DNA from: a virus
Reading direction: 5' to 3' (one strand)
Length of the DNA stretch: 64,000 nt
IMG/VR virus record: IMGVR_UViG_3300025671_000038
Shown here in pieces: positions 9,298 through 18,550 of the stretch (position 1 is its first letter; each line of letters starts with the position of its first letter). Below the pieces are notes generated by a model, which saw nothing but the letters and a program-made list of their open reading frames with translations, was not told the origin of the DNA and did not search any database. The position numbers and the translations under genes are program-made.

Positions 9298-10843
9298 TTG
9301 CCATCAAAGTGGCTTTTATTCCATTTTCGGGGTGAATTACATAAGCATGTAAAGCACGGGTTGATCCTTCATAGCCGTGATTGTGATGCCATCTATCTGA
9401 ACCAGAAAGGCTGGGCATTTGGAAGACTTTTACTCCCTTATAGTCCTTGACCATCTCATGGTGTAAGTGTCCCGTGAAAAAAGCTCTGTGCTTAGTTTTT
9501 GACCATAAATCCGGAGCTTCGTTTGCCATCATATATGGAAGGTCTTGTAGTTTCATACCGTCTCCATGAGTAAATCCCATGAGGGTATTTCCGTAGCTGA
9601 AATATTGTCTAAACCTGTGACATCTTATCACATTTACATCTTCGCACTCTCTGTAATAAGCATCCAGATATTGTAGCAGGACATGGGAAAGCTTGAAGTC
9701 GTGATTTCCTGCGGTGAGAATTATTTCCACCTCAGCTACTTGTCTTAGTATGTCAAGAAATTCTACCATTAGCTTCTGTCCTTCCACCATTATTTGGATG
9801 AAAGTTCCGTCGCAGTCCTGGGGTGTCCCTTTAGTGGTAGTTCCTCTCATCGTATCAACATGGAAAAAGTCAGAACCGACGGGTACTATTATTTTTTCTA
9901 TATTGTACTTAAGAATATCTGGGATAAGTTCGTTGGTCTTTTGCATCAGAAGGTCTCTTGCCATCTGCCTGTTATATTCTTCTCTAACCTCACCAGACCA
10001 AGCATATTTACCGTAGTGAAGATCAAATGGAGATATTACTAAAGCGTGGTTATCACCATCCGGCATCGAAAGCTTAGGGACAGTATAATTTGCAAAAACA
10101 TTCTCAAGCTTTTCTGCAAGGGGATTTAGAGTGAGTCCCTTAAAAGCCCACCAATTATTAGCAGCGTCCTTGATTAGTTTTTCTTCACTCCTCGTATATT
10201 TCTGGAAGAATGAGAATTTCCTCTTCTGTAGTGCGTCTTGAACCATCTCATCCTCACCTCTTGCAAACATCTCCTCATCGGTAAAGGGCTCTGAGTCGTG
10301 AGTCCAACCCATGATGGATTTCAGAGCGATAAAGATGTTCCTTGGGATTTCAAAGTTCCTACACACCTCATTAATTGTCTCAGGGGAGCCGTCCATATTA
10401 GAATATCTGGACTTCATGTCTCTGACTATGGTTCCCGTGAATTTATAAGGCTTGTTTTTAATGTAAACTATATAGAGATCCTTAGCTTCGTCGTAATAGT
10501 ATGCGGTGCTATGCTTGTATTTTTTATATGCACTTTTAGCAAGAGTGGATTCCTCCTCTTCTATATCCTGAATAACATTATCGTCAACATCCTCCATTTC
10601 GAATTTTTTCCGAATATTCTGCTCTACGTCTTCACTTCCTTCGTCCTGAGGATATGAATTTTCAGGCTTTAACTCTGAGAAAAAAATAGTAATCTGTCTT
10701 CTCAAGGAATCTGGTTTAGCTTCTCCTATAACTACGCCCTTCTCGGATACTAGTTTTCTTGCGATTTCAGCATGGCTTATACCCTGGCGGCTTAGGTTAG
10801 TAATATAATCGCTAAATTTTTCGACGATTTCTCTTAGTGACAT
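9290..10843 (-). CDS. calcineurin-like metallophosphoesterase with N-terminal HTH-like extension
   Basis: DLHYGK, GSDFFH, GNHD, FTHGD, GHLHH motifs in the C-terminal half. Confidence 0.8.
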   Translation of the reverse strand: MSLREIVEKFSDYITNLSRQGISHAEIARKLVSEKGVVIGEAKPDSLRRQITIFFSELKPENSYPQDEGSEDVEQNIRKKFEMEDVDDNVIQDIEEEESTLAKSAYKKYKHSTAYYYDEAKDLYIVYIKNKPYKFTGTIVRDMKSRYSNMDGSPETINEVCRNFEIPRNIFIALKSIMGWTHDSEPFTDEEMFARGEDEMVQDALQKRKFSFFQKYTRSEEKLIKDAANNWWAFKGLTLNPLAEKLENVFANYTVPKLSMPDGDNHALVISPFDLHYGKYAWSGEVREEYNRQMARDLLMQKTNELIPDILKYNIEKIIVPVGSDFFHVDTMRGTTTKGTPQDCDGTFIQIMVEGQKLMVEFLDILRQVAEVEIILTAGNHDFKLSHVLLQYLDAYYRECEDVNVIRCHRFRQYFSYGNTLMGFTHGDGMKLQDLPYMMANEAPDLWSKTKHRAFFTGHLHHEMVKDYKGVKVFQMPSLSGSDRWHHNHGYEGSTRALHAYVIHPENGIKATLMANV

Positions 10844-10954
10844 ACGATATTGTTTATTTCCCTCTGGGTTATAATACGTTGGGAGTTTTCTAATATATTG
10901 ACAACCACTGAAAAGATTTCGGGCCTTTCGAAGATTTGTGATAGTCTTTGGTCA

Positions 10955-10983
10955 CAAAAAAATGGGTAAGTCAATTACCCATT
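10955..10983 (-). terminator. intrinsic terminator
   Basis: Minus strand AATGGGTAA-TTGAC-TTACCCATT (9-bp stem) followed by a T run. Confidence 0.75.
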
Positions 10984-11010
10984 ATATATGACCATTAAAA
11001 GAAGCTTTCG

Positions 11011-11265
11011 TTACTCCTCTTTTAATTTTCCTATGATTCCCAGAAGTGTTATTTCCTTCTCCACTGTGTTGAAGAAGTCGGTGACGTATTTGCACTTTTC
11101 ATACTCCTCGGTTGATTCATAATAATCCAGAAGTGATTCTTTGATCGCATGCCTCTTCTCTATAAGGCGGGGTTGCAATATAGCTTTTGTTCCAAGCGTT
11201 TCCATCCTGCTTATAGCATTTTCGTAAATGTCCCTTTCAAGTGGCTTATTGCCTTTCACTTCCAT
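11011..11265 (-). CDS. small protein with UVR-like (E-x-YE-x-C) motif
   Basis: YYESTEEYEKCKYVTD. Confidence 0.65.
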   Translation of the reverse strand: MEVKGNKPLERDIYENAISRMETLGTKAILQPRLIEKRHAIKESLLDYYESTEEYEKCKYVTDFFNTVEKEITLLGIIGKLKEE

Positions 11266-11467
11266 TATTATTATTTTTTCTGTCCGGGTGTTTAAATTTT
11301 ATCACTTCATAAAGATCCGAGCATTTCTCATATTCTTCAAAATCTTCTAGTATAGACATACAATCTTCTGATCTATCAAGAACAGGACTTTCCAATCCTC
11401 TTCTAACAATATCTGAGTAAATTTTCAGAGCCCAGTTTAGTTCTTCTATAGATCGTAGAGTTTTCAT
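11246..11467 (-). CDS. small protein with UVR-like (E-x-YE-x-C) motif
   Basis: ILEDFEEYEKCSDLYEVI. Confidence 0.65.
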   Translation of the reverse strand: MKTLRSIEELNWALKIYSDIVRRGLESPVLDRSEDCMSILEDFEEYEKCSDLYEVIKFKHPDRKNNNNGSERQ

Positions 11468-11494
11468 TATATCCCATTCTAAGTATATATTTAC

Positions 11495-11716
11495 TTAGGA
11501 TAGGAAAGAGAATGACTCTAGAGGTTTTTGGAATACCCCGGATCCACCCGAAGGTGAATTGTATTCGACCTGAAGAAGATGTTGATTTTCTGAATTTCTA
11601 AGAACATTCAATACCTTGACTGTCTTAGAGGTACTATTTTCCCTCAGGATATCTCCTTTGGAAACCTGTATGCCATTTATCCTTGCAGATTGTGCTAATC
11701 TAAATTCTTTTCCCAT
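11495..11716 (-). CDS. hypothetical protein
   Basis: 73-aa ORF. Confidence 0.6.
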   Translation of the reverse strand: MGKEFRLAQSARINGIQVSKGDILRENSTSKTVKVLNVLRNSENQHLLQVEYNSPSGGSGVFQKPLESFSFLS

Positions 11717-12006
11717 AGTTCATATTCATTTATTAAAGTCTTAACCTCCATACATGTTTCGTATCTTTCAAGCTCTTCTGACCAAAGAAGAAAATTACTC
11801 AGAAAAGTCCCATAATCTTTCTTCTGGATTACTATGGAATATCCGTCATCATTTTCTATCCCAAGTTCATCCATGTGAAAGATGAGAGTAAATGAGTGCT
11901 TTTTCCTTACCGCCTTTGAGACCTTCTTATAGATAATACTCCAGAATGCATCCTTCTCTTCGAAAGACATCCCATCGGAGTCAAGGAAAACGTCTGATCC
12001 TTCCAT
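11695..12006 (-). CDS. small protein with UVR-like (E-x-YE-x-C) motif
   Basis: WSEELERYETCMEVKTLI. Confidence 0.65.
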   Translation of the reverse strand: MEGSDVFLDSDGMSFEEKDAFWSIIYKKVSKAVRKKHSFTLIFHMDELGIENDDGYSIVIQKKDYGTFLSNFLLWSEELERYETCMEVKTLINEYELWEKNLD

Positions 12007-12011
12007 GCTTT

Positions 12012-13076
12012 TTATTCTTGTAGAGAAACTTCGTTGTTTAGCTCGAGAATCCCATCCATATATGCGGTAATTAGATATGGATCTGCATTAGATCCGGGTC
12101 TTCTATCTTCCAGGTACCCCCTCCAATCTTTTGCAGTAGTAATTGGGACTCTTATAGAAGCTCCACGATCGCTAAATCCCCAGGAGAATTTTTCTATGCT
12201 CTGAGTTTCGTGATCTCCTGTTAGTCTTTGGTCGTTGTCAGACCCATATATTTCTATAGCCTCAGAGTGTGTATTTTCCAAAGATTTGAATATTGATTCG
12301 AAGAGATCTTTACCACCAACATCTCTCATCAGAGAATTTGAGAAATTCACGTGCATTCCGGAGCCATTCCAATCTTCCCCCCTTCCCATAGGCTTCGGGT
12401 GAAAGTCGACCTTGACTCGATATTTTTCTGCAATTCTTTGTAGAAGAAATCTAGAAATCCATAGATCGTCTGCTGCATTTTTATTTCCCTCACCGAAAAC
12501 CTGATACTCCCATTGTCCAAGCATCACCTCCGCATTGGTTCCGGTAATATTTATCCCGCAAGATAAACATGCATCCATGTGCTCGTCAGAAATTTCTCTC
12601 CCCGCACTGTATGGATGTCCAACGGAACAGTAGTATTTTCCTTGCTTTTCCGGTGGATTGAAGTTTTCAAATCCGAGAGGCATGTTGTCCTTTCTATTAA
12701 ACCACCTTAGAACATATTCCTGTTCAAAACCAAACCAGTTATCTTCTCCCTCAGATCCTATGGTAGATCTGGTGTTGGTCTCGTGTGGACTTCCATCCGG
12801 ATTGAGAACCTCACACATAACAATGTACGAAAATCCTCCTCTAATTGGATCTGGGTATAATTTTACGGGATTTAGTATGCAGTCCGAAGAATTCCCCTCT
12901 GCTTGCATCGTAGAGCTTCCGTCGAAAGACCATTGGGGTATGTCTTCTAACTTTGGCATGATTAGGGATATGGGATTTTCTATGTCGCCTCCAAAATCGG
13001 CTACTTTAACCTTGGATCTCAAATTTGGCTCCGGTTTGTAACCATCTAGCCAAACGTATTCTAATTTCATCTTCAT
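12012..13076 (-). CDS. glnA: glutamine synthetase, type II-like
   Basis: KLEYVWLDG, WSFDGSST, NAEVMLGQWEYQ, DWNGSGMHVNFS, RGASIRVP, YLEDRRPGSNADPY; 354 aa matches GSII size. Confidence 0.94.
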   Translation of the reverse strand: MKMKLEYVWLDGYKPEPNLRSKVKVADFGGDIENPISLIMPKLEDIPQWSFDGSSTMQAEGNSSDCILNPVKLYPDPIRGGFSYIVMCEVLNPDGSPHETNTRSTIGSEGEDNWFGFEQEYVLRWFNRKDNMPLGFENFNPPEKQGKYYCSVGHPYSAGREISDEHMDACLSCGINITGTNAEVMLGQWEYQVFGEGNKNAADDLWISRFLLQRIAEKYRVKVDFHPKPMGRGEDWNGSGMHVNFSNSLMRDVGGKDLFESIFKSLENTHSEAIEIYGSDNDQRLTGDHETQSIEKFSWGFSDRGASIRVPITTAKDWRGYLEDRRPGSNADPYLITAYMDGILELNNEVSLQE

Positions 13077-13104
13077 CGGAAGAACTATTTTTTTTAGGAT
13101 GTAC

Positions 13105-13112
13105 TATTTATA
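13105..13112 (-). promoter_or_regulatory. T4-type late promoter sequence TATAAATA upstream of glnA
   Basis: Exact T4 late -10 consensus about 29 nt before the start. Confidence 0.45.
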
Positions 13113-13162
13113 TACTACCTTCCCTAAAAATTTTCGGCCTTCCTTGAAATAAATTTTAGAAA

Positions 13163-13348
13163 TTATTTGGATTGTACCCCCTTTGCAGCTTTAGAGAAAT
13201 CTTCATACTGCATTAATTTACCTACGGTCTCCCTCTCTAATCCAAGGGATCCCTTTTCACTTCCGAATGTTTTCTGATCAAACCACTTGACGAAGTTGTC
13301 GATTGTTTTGAATTTTTTATCCGGTTCTACTACTGGTAACTTAGCCAT
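13163..13348 (-). CDS. hypothetical protein
   Basis: 61 aa; GATAAATA at 13370-13377 upstream. Confidence 0.6.
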   Translation of the reverse strand: MAKLPVVEPDKKFKTIDNFVKWFDQKTFGSEKGSLGLERETVGKLMQYEDFSKAAKGVQSK

Positions 13349-13368
13349 TTTTATGCTCTTTCTTTTAT

Positions 13369-13749
13369 TTATTTATCCATGAAGAACATTTTAGCCAAAA
13401 TGCCCACCAGTGCTGAAAATATTATCCACAATGCCTTTGTCACATTACCTTTCCATTTAACCAATTCAGCATGTTCCAGTAATAGCTCTTGGCTAGCCTT
13501 CTCATCTCTCTCGTGGTCTAATCTGTGTCTAGTGTTTTGGTTGACCTTAACTATAACCCCATCCTCGGGATCTAGCAACTTTCTCTTGAGTTCGGATAGG
13601 TCTTGTTTCATATCCGCCTGAGCTTGTTTTAGCTCCTGTATGCTAATCTCAATAATCTTCAGCTCCCCGTTAGGAAGCTGACTTTGCATCGTGTTAAGCT
13701 GATTCAGTATGTCTTGAATCAATTCTGGTATATCCCTATTTTGGCTCAT
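13369..13749 (-). CDS. coiled-coil protein with C-terminal TM helix (holin-like candidate)
   Basis: Long heptad region then ALWIIFSALVGILAKMFF; GATATATA at 13798-13805. Confidence 0.55.
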   Translation of the reverse strand: MSQNRDIPELIQDILNQLNTMQSQLPNGELKIIEISIQELKQAQADMKQDLSELKRKLLDPEDGVIVKVNQNTRHRLDHERDEKASQELLLEHAELVKWKGNVTKALWIIFSALVGILAKMFFMDK

Positions 13750-13851
13750 ATACTTTAATTCGGTTCGTTCCCCAACTACCCAAAATAAAGTGTATACTAT
13801 ATATCAGAATAGGGCTAACCCGGAGGACAATTTTTTGTTGGCTTTAGAATT

Positions 13852-14049
13852 TTATTCCTCCCAGTGGATTTCTACATTGTCCAAAAGGAGCAGTAGATCC
13901 ATGGATTCTTCTGGGGTGTCGATCTCAAAGTACCCATATGCTTCGTCTGTGGCGAGACCATTCTCCAGTATACTGGCCTCAAAGACTCTTATTATATTAC
14001 ACACCTCTATGTGTGCCTGTGGAGAATATGTTATGATGTCTACTATCAA
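13852..14049 (-). CDS. hypothetical protein
   Basis: 65-aa acidic ORF. Confidence 0.6.
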   Translation of the reverse strand: MIVDIITYSPQAHIEVCNIIRVFEASILENGLATDEAYGYFEIDTPEESMDLLLLLDNVEIHWEE

Positions 14050-14055
14050 TCCTGG

Positions 14056-14325
14056 TTAATTGAGAATAAGTGGTGTAACATCATCTATATGGACAATGTA
14101 GAACTCTCCACTTTCTAGATTTGATAGGACCACGTCGGTCGAACTAGAACTTCCTAATAGCTTGTGATTCTCTTGGAGAAAGATAAATTCCGATCCAAGA
14201 TGGGATTGCTCAAGTTTAGATCTCCTCATCCACTTGCTTTGATTCCTGAGATAGAGGTCTTCATAATATTTCCTCATCGATTCGGTTGGCTTCTTAATCT
14301 TCCGTGGTTTCTTCTTTAGATCCAT
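14056..14325 (-). CDS. hypothetical protein
   Basis: 89-aa ORF. Confidence 0.6.
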   Translation of the reverse strand: MDLKKKPRKIKKPTESMRKYYEDLYLRNQSKWMRRSKLEQSHLGSEFIFLQENHKLLGSSSSTDVVLSNLESGEFYIVHIDDVTPLILN

Positions 14326-15268
14326 TTTCGTAATATCCCTTATTTTTAAGAACTTTCAAATATTCTATGATCGATTCTACCTCTTGTTTCCTCTTTTCCC
14401 CATGAAGAACCTTTATATCTTTTTTATCGTCGGGTATTCTGTAGAAATCCGAGATTAGCCCCCGTTCCGAATCATCGCCCTCAAAAAAATGTCTTACCGT
14501 GCTCATCCCTTCTATATTGATATAGGACATCGGTAATCCACCTCCTCCGTTTTTCCATACAAGTGTATTCATTACACTTTCGTCCTGGAAGGGGGAGTAT
14601 TCATAAACATCTACCACCTTCCATAGAACATTTAGCATTTCCTCAAGCACCACCAGAAAATCCCGGCACCTCTGATTAAATATGAAGAGATTACCTGTTC
14701 TATACTCATCCCTCGCATCGAGAGGAACCTGTAAGAATTTCATAAGCGGGTACTCTATGGTTTTGGTTAGATCTCTTTCTGGCCAAGCCCCCTCAAATGG
14801 GTTACCCTTCTCATTTCCATCGTCGTCGATCACTAAGACAAACTCGTGGGGTCCTTTGGTCATTAGAGGAGTAGTCTTTATGAGGTTTGAATGCAAGAAT
14901 ATCTCATCTATATTTGGACAAGCTATACTGTCGCCGTCTATAAAGCAACATTCATCATATCCCATGTCCAGTACCCTAATGCAGGCTTCGGATTTCCTGG
15001 TCATTATCTGGAAGCTTCTTAGATTTTTCCGATCCACGTAAAAATTCCCTCCCTCCGTGTAGTGAAATATAGTACCGTCTTCGCTAATTTCATACTCTAT
15101 ATCATGGAATGAAACCCCAGCGGGTATTTCAAGCCCTTCCTTCCTCGGATTGTAGTTAATACAGAAGATGTGAATGGGATAATCAGAGAACTCCGATATG
15201 CTCTTAGCTAGAAGGACGGAGAGGTAATGATAATTTTTGGTTGTTATAGAAACGAAGCACCTTTTCAC
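14294..15268 (-). CDS. GT-A fold glycosyltransferase (GT8-like)
   Basis: YHYLSVLLAKSI, CFIDGD (DxD), YSPFQDESVMN. Confidence 0.7.
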   Translation of the reverse strand: MKRCFVSITTKNYHYLSVLLAKSISEFSDYPIHIFCINYNPRKEGLEIPAGVSFHDIEYEISEDGTIFHYTEGGNFYVDRKNLRSFQIMTRKSEACIRVLDMGYDECCFIDGDSIACPNIDEIFLHSNLIKTTPLMTKGPHEFVLVIDDDGNEKGNPFEGAWPERDLTKTIEYPLMKFLQVPLDARDEYRTGNLFIFNQRCRDFLVVLEEMLNVLWKVVDVYEYSPFQDESVMNTLVWKNGGGGLPMSYINIEGMSTVRHFFEGDDSERGLISDFYRIPDDKKDIKVLHGEKRKQEVESIIEYLKVLKNKGYYENGSKEETTED

Positions 15269-15272
15269 CGAA

Positions 15273-16274
15273 TCAGAATTTGTATATTGATAAAACTTCT
15301 CCCTTGGGAGATTTAGCCTCTACGTAGCCATCGTCTGGCACTTCACCCATATCAAAGTAGTAATACCCCGACCTTGAGAGGCTTTTGAAATCGAAAGTGT
15401 GGAGAGGGTTTCCTTCCTTGTCCTTATATCTTATTGTTACAGCCTCTATATTAGCCAGAGGGGAGAATGTAATTCTTCTGCCTGATTCGATTGTATCTTT
15501 ATGCCATTGCCCTATTAACCCCCCGGCAAATCCGGATAGCAATTTGAGTATCTCTACCCTCTCATCTCTAGCGTATGATGTCACATGAACTATGAAATCT
15601 CCGGGCTGCCAGAGATTCTCCACCATATGGGGAAAGGAGTGTATAATATAGGGGTTTTTAGGATACCAGAATCTATTTAATTTTTTCTCTTCAACTAGCT
15701 TAATCCCATTTCTCCAATGATCCTTTCGGTACGATAATCGGATCTGTCTCATCTCGTGGTCAAACTCACCAAGTCCCATTCCTTCTGGCCAGTCAGGAGC
15801 TTCCCATATCTCTTGTAGGAATTGTTTAGACTTTTCACAATTCTTTATCAGAATATGTGAAGACATGATGTTGTTATCCCTGTATCCTCCACCTATACCA
15901 TTATCTGGAGAGCCACCTCCCTTTGGCATTACAACAAACTCGTCACCCACGGGGATAAGATCCTCTAATTTTTTACCGAAATTCATGAATAGGCAATCAC
16001 AGTCTATAAAAAAGATCCACGGGTTTTCTACCTCGTCAAGCAATTTTCTTAGCAGCTTAATCTTTCCCCATTGAGCTGGTCTCCCCTCAAGAAACGATTC
16101 ATCTATCTTTTCCCCCCTGAGATCGTAATCATGAAGAGAGCAATACCCGGAAAAATTTCCATGTATGGTTATATCCGCCATACGAGAGTAGTGATCGTCA
16201 TACATGGAAACAACTAGGATCCTCCCGTCCTCGAGAGAATTGTATCCGATGGTCCACTCTACAGATTTCATCAT
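15273..16274 (-). CDS. glycosyltransferase, GT34 (GMA12/MNN10)-like, with C-terminal beta-rich domain
   Basis: WGKIKLLRKLL, WIFFIDCD, WQPGDFIVHV. Confidence 0.75.
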   Translation of the reverse strand: MMKSVEWTIGYNSLEDGRILVVSMYDDHYSRMADITIHGNFSGYCSLHDYDLRGEKIDESFLEGRPAQWGKIKLLRKLLDEVENPWIFFIDCDCLFMNFGKKLEDLIPVGDEFVVMPKGGGSPDNGIGGGYRDNNIMSSHILIKNCEKSKQFLQEIWEAPDWPEGMGLGEFDHEMRQIRLSYRKDHWRNGIKLVEEKKLNRFWYPKNPYIIHSFPHMVENLWQPGDFIVHVTSYARDERVEILKLLSGFAGGLIGQWHKDTIESGRRITFSPLANIEAVTIRYKDKEGNPLHTFDFKSLSRSGYYYFDMGEVPDDGYVEAKSPKGEVLSIYKF

Positions 16275-17065
16275 ATATTTTTCTGTTTTAATATTCCTTT
16301 CTCCTTATTAAAGCAGTGAAGTGATATTATGTGCATCGAATAATATCCGGGGGTGACTTTTTTCCACCTCTCTGGGTCTCTTTTCTGAAGAGATTCCAAT
16401 ATCCAGTACAATTTTCTACATGCTAAGTAAATATCGTCCCTAAAATGCCTTATGATATCGCAGGATCTGATGAAGTAGGCTATGTGAAAATTATTTCCCC
16501 TCCTCATAAAGTGATATCCAATCGTACACGGAACCCTCTCCTTATGGGGAGCCCCGGTATCTTCAGGAAACCAAATAGGCAAAAAAGCTTGCCTTGTAAA
16601 GGGTTCTCTTTCCAACATGTCCACTAAATCTGACAGGTCACCATATTCGAACCTAATTCCCTTTAGTGGGTTTCTCTTAACCTTACCGGTTAAGTTATCG
16701 ATTGGTGCCTTTTTTGGCCAGATCCTCTCCGGATAAGTGTGTGAAAACATCTCGTCCTTCTTGAACTGCTCGTTCTTCTTGCGGTTAAATGGCCACCATT
16801 CATTAGATGGCGGAGGGTTAAGAGGTAACCCACCGATTCTTTCCTGGAAGTGATCCTCCGCCCATGGTAAATTTGGGTTTACCTCAGCTATGAGTTCTTC
16901 CTGTGTGTTTGGAATAAACATCTGGAAGGAATGATTCATCACCTCCCACATATCATCCGGCGAAGGAACCCCTTGCCATCTCTCGGTTTCTACTACATAC
17001 CCGTGATTATAAAGTCTTTCCTTACTCCATTTAATTGCTTCGGATGGCTTGTAAAATGTTTTCAT
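16271..17065 (-). CDS. thymidylate-synthase-fold dCMP hydroxymethylase/methylase-like enzyme
   Basis: VPCTIGYHF (catalytic Cys), RSCDIIRHFRDD with Asp at the ThyA Asn177 position, SLHCF. Confidence 0.75.
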   Translation of the reverse strand: MKTFYKPSEAIKWSKERLYNHGYVVETERWQGVPSPDDMWEVMNHSFQMFIPNTQEELIAEVNPNLPWAEDHFQERIGGLPLNPPPSNEWWPFNRKKNEQFKKDEMFSHTYPERIWPKKAPIDNLTGKVKRNPLKGIRFEYGDLSDLVDMLEREPFTRQAFLPIWFPEDTGAPHKERVPCTIGYHFMRRGNNFHIAYFIRSCDIIRHFRDDIYLACRKLYWILESLQKRDPERWKKVTPGYYSMHIISLHCFNKEKGILKQKNI

Positions 17066-17183
17066 ATTAAGAAGTTACACCTTTATACAGCCTGAGACTT
17101 TCATAGTTTCCAGTGTTTTCTTTTAACTTAGAATATTTTACCAGAGGTATCTGAGGAGGTGAATTATGACTCAGATGGGTCGT

Positions 17184-17450
17184 CTAGTTTTTTATCTTCA
17201 TTCGATATTTGTTTTCTATCCATGACATCTCCATCTCGGCCTTGGTTCGGTCGCAGTCGGAAATTGACATGATTGAGTTTACCCCGTACTCTAGCCATTC
17301 CTGATATTCCCTTTTAGTGAGTGATTTCGTATTCTGCCAGAACGGGTTTTTCCTAACATCCTCTCTTGTTAAACCGAGATAATTCAGGTGTCTTTCCTGG
17401 AGGAGGTTCATGATAACATCTTCCTTTTTATTGGTACTAGAAGAACTCAT
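17184..17450 (-). CDS. hypothetical protein
   Basis: 88-aa ORF. Confidence 0.6.
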   Translation of the reverse strand: MSSSSTNKKEDVIMNLLQERHLNYLGLTREDVRKNPFWQNTKSLTKREYQEWLEYGVNSIMSISDCDRTKAEMEMSWIENKYRMKIKN

Positions 17451-17536
17451 TTGATAGTAAATTTGATACTCTTTGGATTTTTAAATTTTATCTACCTGGG
17501 GTATTTATGTTTCGATCGATGTTTTCTTATTTATAC

Positions 17537-17947
17537 TTATGCCTGTTGATCAGCATTAGTCTTCGTTTGAGAGTCTCCCCTCCACACTCTATATGAGTCT
17601 GAGTCAAAGTGTTCGGTTGATACCTCATACACTACACCGTCTTCCAAAGCTTCCAATTGGTGAGGCTGTCCAGGTCTCTGTCTAACGGAATCTCCTACTC
17701 TTAGTTGAACCTCATTAACTTCTGCAGTTTCGGTGTCAATCCATCTATAAATGAAAGATCCCTCTTGGACATACCAGGTCTCATCCTTTATCATGTGATA
17801 GTGCATTGAAAATTTGGCACCTTTTTTAAAGCAGAGAAGCTTCCCGCAGTAGAGCTCGTTATTTTCGAAAATTATTTCATGTCCCCATCCTTTGGGTACA
17901 TTACACCCTGAGCATTCGATTGCATTAAATACGTGTGGTTTTTCCAT
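17537..17947 (-). CDS. cupin (mannose-6-phosphate/sugar isomerase-like)
   Basis: PKGWGHE, SMHYHMIKDETWYV, PGQPHQLEA. Confidence 0.85.
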   Translation of the reverse strand: MEKPHVFNAIECSGCNVPKGWGHEIIFENNELYCGKLLCFKKGAKFSMHYHMIKDETWYVQEGSFIYRWIDTETAEVNEVQLRVGDSVRQRPGQPHQLEALEDGVVYEVSTEHFDSDSYRVWRGDSQTKTNADQQA

Positions 17948-17948
17948 G

Positions 17949-18077
17949 TTATTCTTCTTTATTAATAGACTTCATTATAGAGTTCAAAACTTCCCTATTT
18001 TGAGCTTGAAGCTTTGCTCTTTTCTTGCTGGACTTTTTGCTCAGGGGTTTTTTTAGACTTTTTCTTGCTCTTGCCAT
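17949..18077 (-). CDS. small basic protein (42 aa, not in ORF track)
   Basis: Translated by hand: MARARKSLKKPLSKKSSKKRAKLQAQNREVLNSIMKSINKEE; exactly fills the gap between NUDIX and cupin. Confidence 0.6.
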   Translation of the reverse strand: MARARKSLKKPLSKKSSKKRAKLQAQNREVLNSIMKSINKEE

Positions 18078-18088
18078 CTTTGTGTTTT

Positions 18089-18511
18089 TTATTTTAATAG
18101 TAATTCTTGAAGCATATCCAAGTATCTAGGGAGAATCCTTACACTTGCCTCTTCATATGTCATGAATTTAGCATCGTCGATTTCTTCTAATTGTAGCATA
18201 CTCTGCGGAATAATTTCACCCGACAGGTCTAACTCAGAAAGTGATTCAACTCGGTATTCATAAATAAATACCTCCTTGAAAATCTTTTTAGCCCTGATGT
18301 AATTGATCTTAAATTCCCTGCCCAATGAATCTATAGGTACGCTTATCCCTACCTCTTCCATGGTTTCCCTACATGCGGCTTCCTTATTAGACTCCCCATC
18401 CTCCACGTGGCCCTTGGGTGGCATATAACTTTTAAACCATCTAGATTTGACGCTGTGGCACAGTAGTATTTTATTTCCACATACTATGGCTATCCCCGCC
18501 GACTTTTCCAT
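18089..18511 (-). CDS. NUDIX hydrolase
   Basis: PKGHVEDGESNKEAACRETMEEVG Nudix box. Confidence 0.92.
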   Translation of the reverse strand: MEKSAGIAIVCGNKILLCHSVKSRWFKSYMPPKGHVEDGESNKEAACRETMEEVGISVPIDSLGREFKINYIRAKKIFKEVFIYEYRVESLSELDLSGEIIPQSMLQLEEIDDAKFMTYEEASVRILPRYLDMLQELLLK

Positions 18512-18550
18512 ATCATCTGATGTTTGTTCTAATTATCTATCCGTCAGAAC

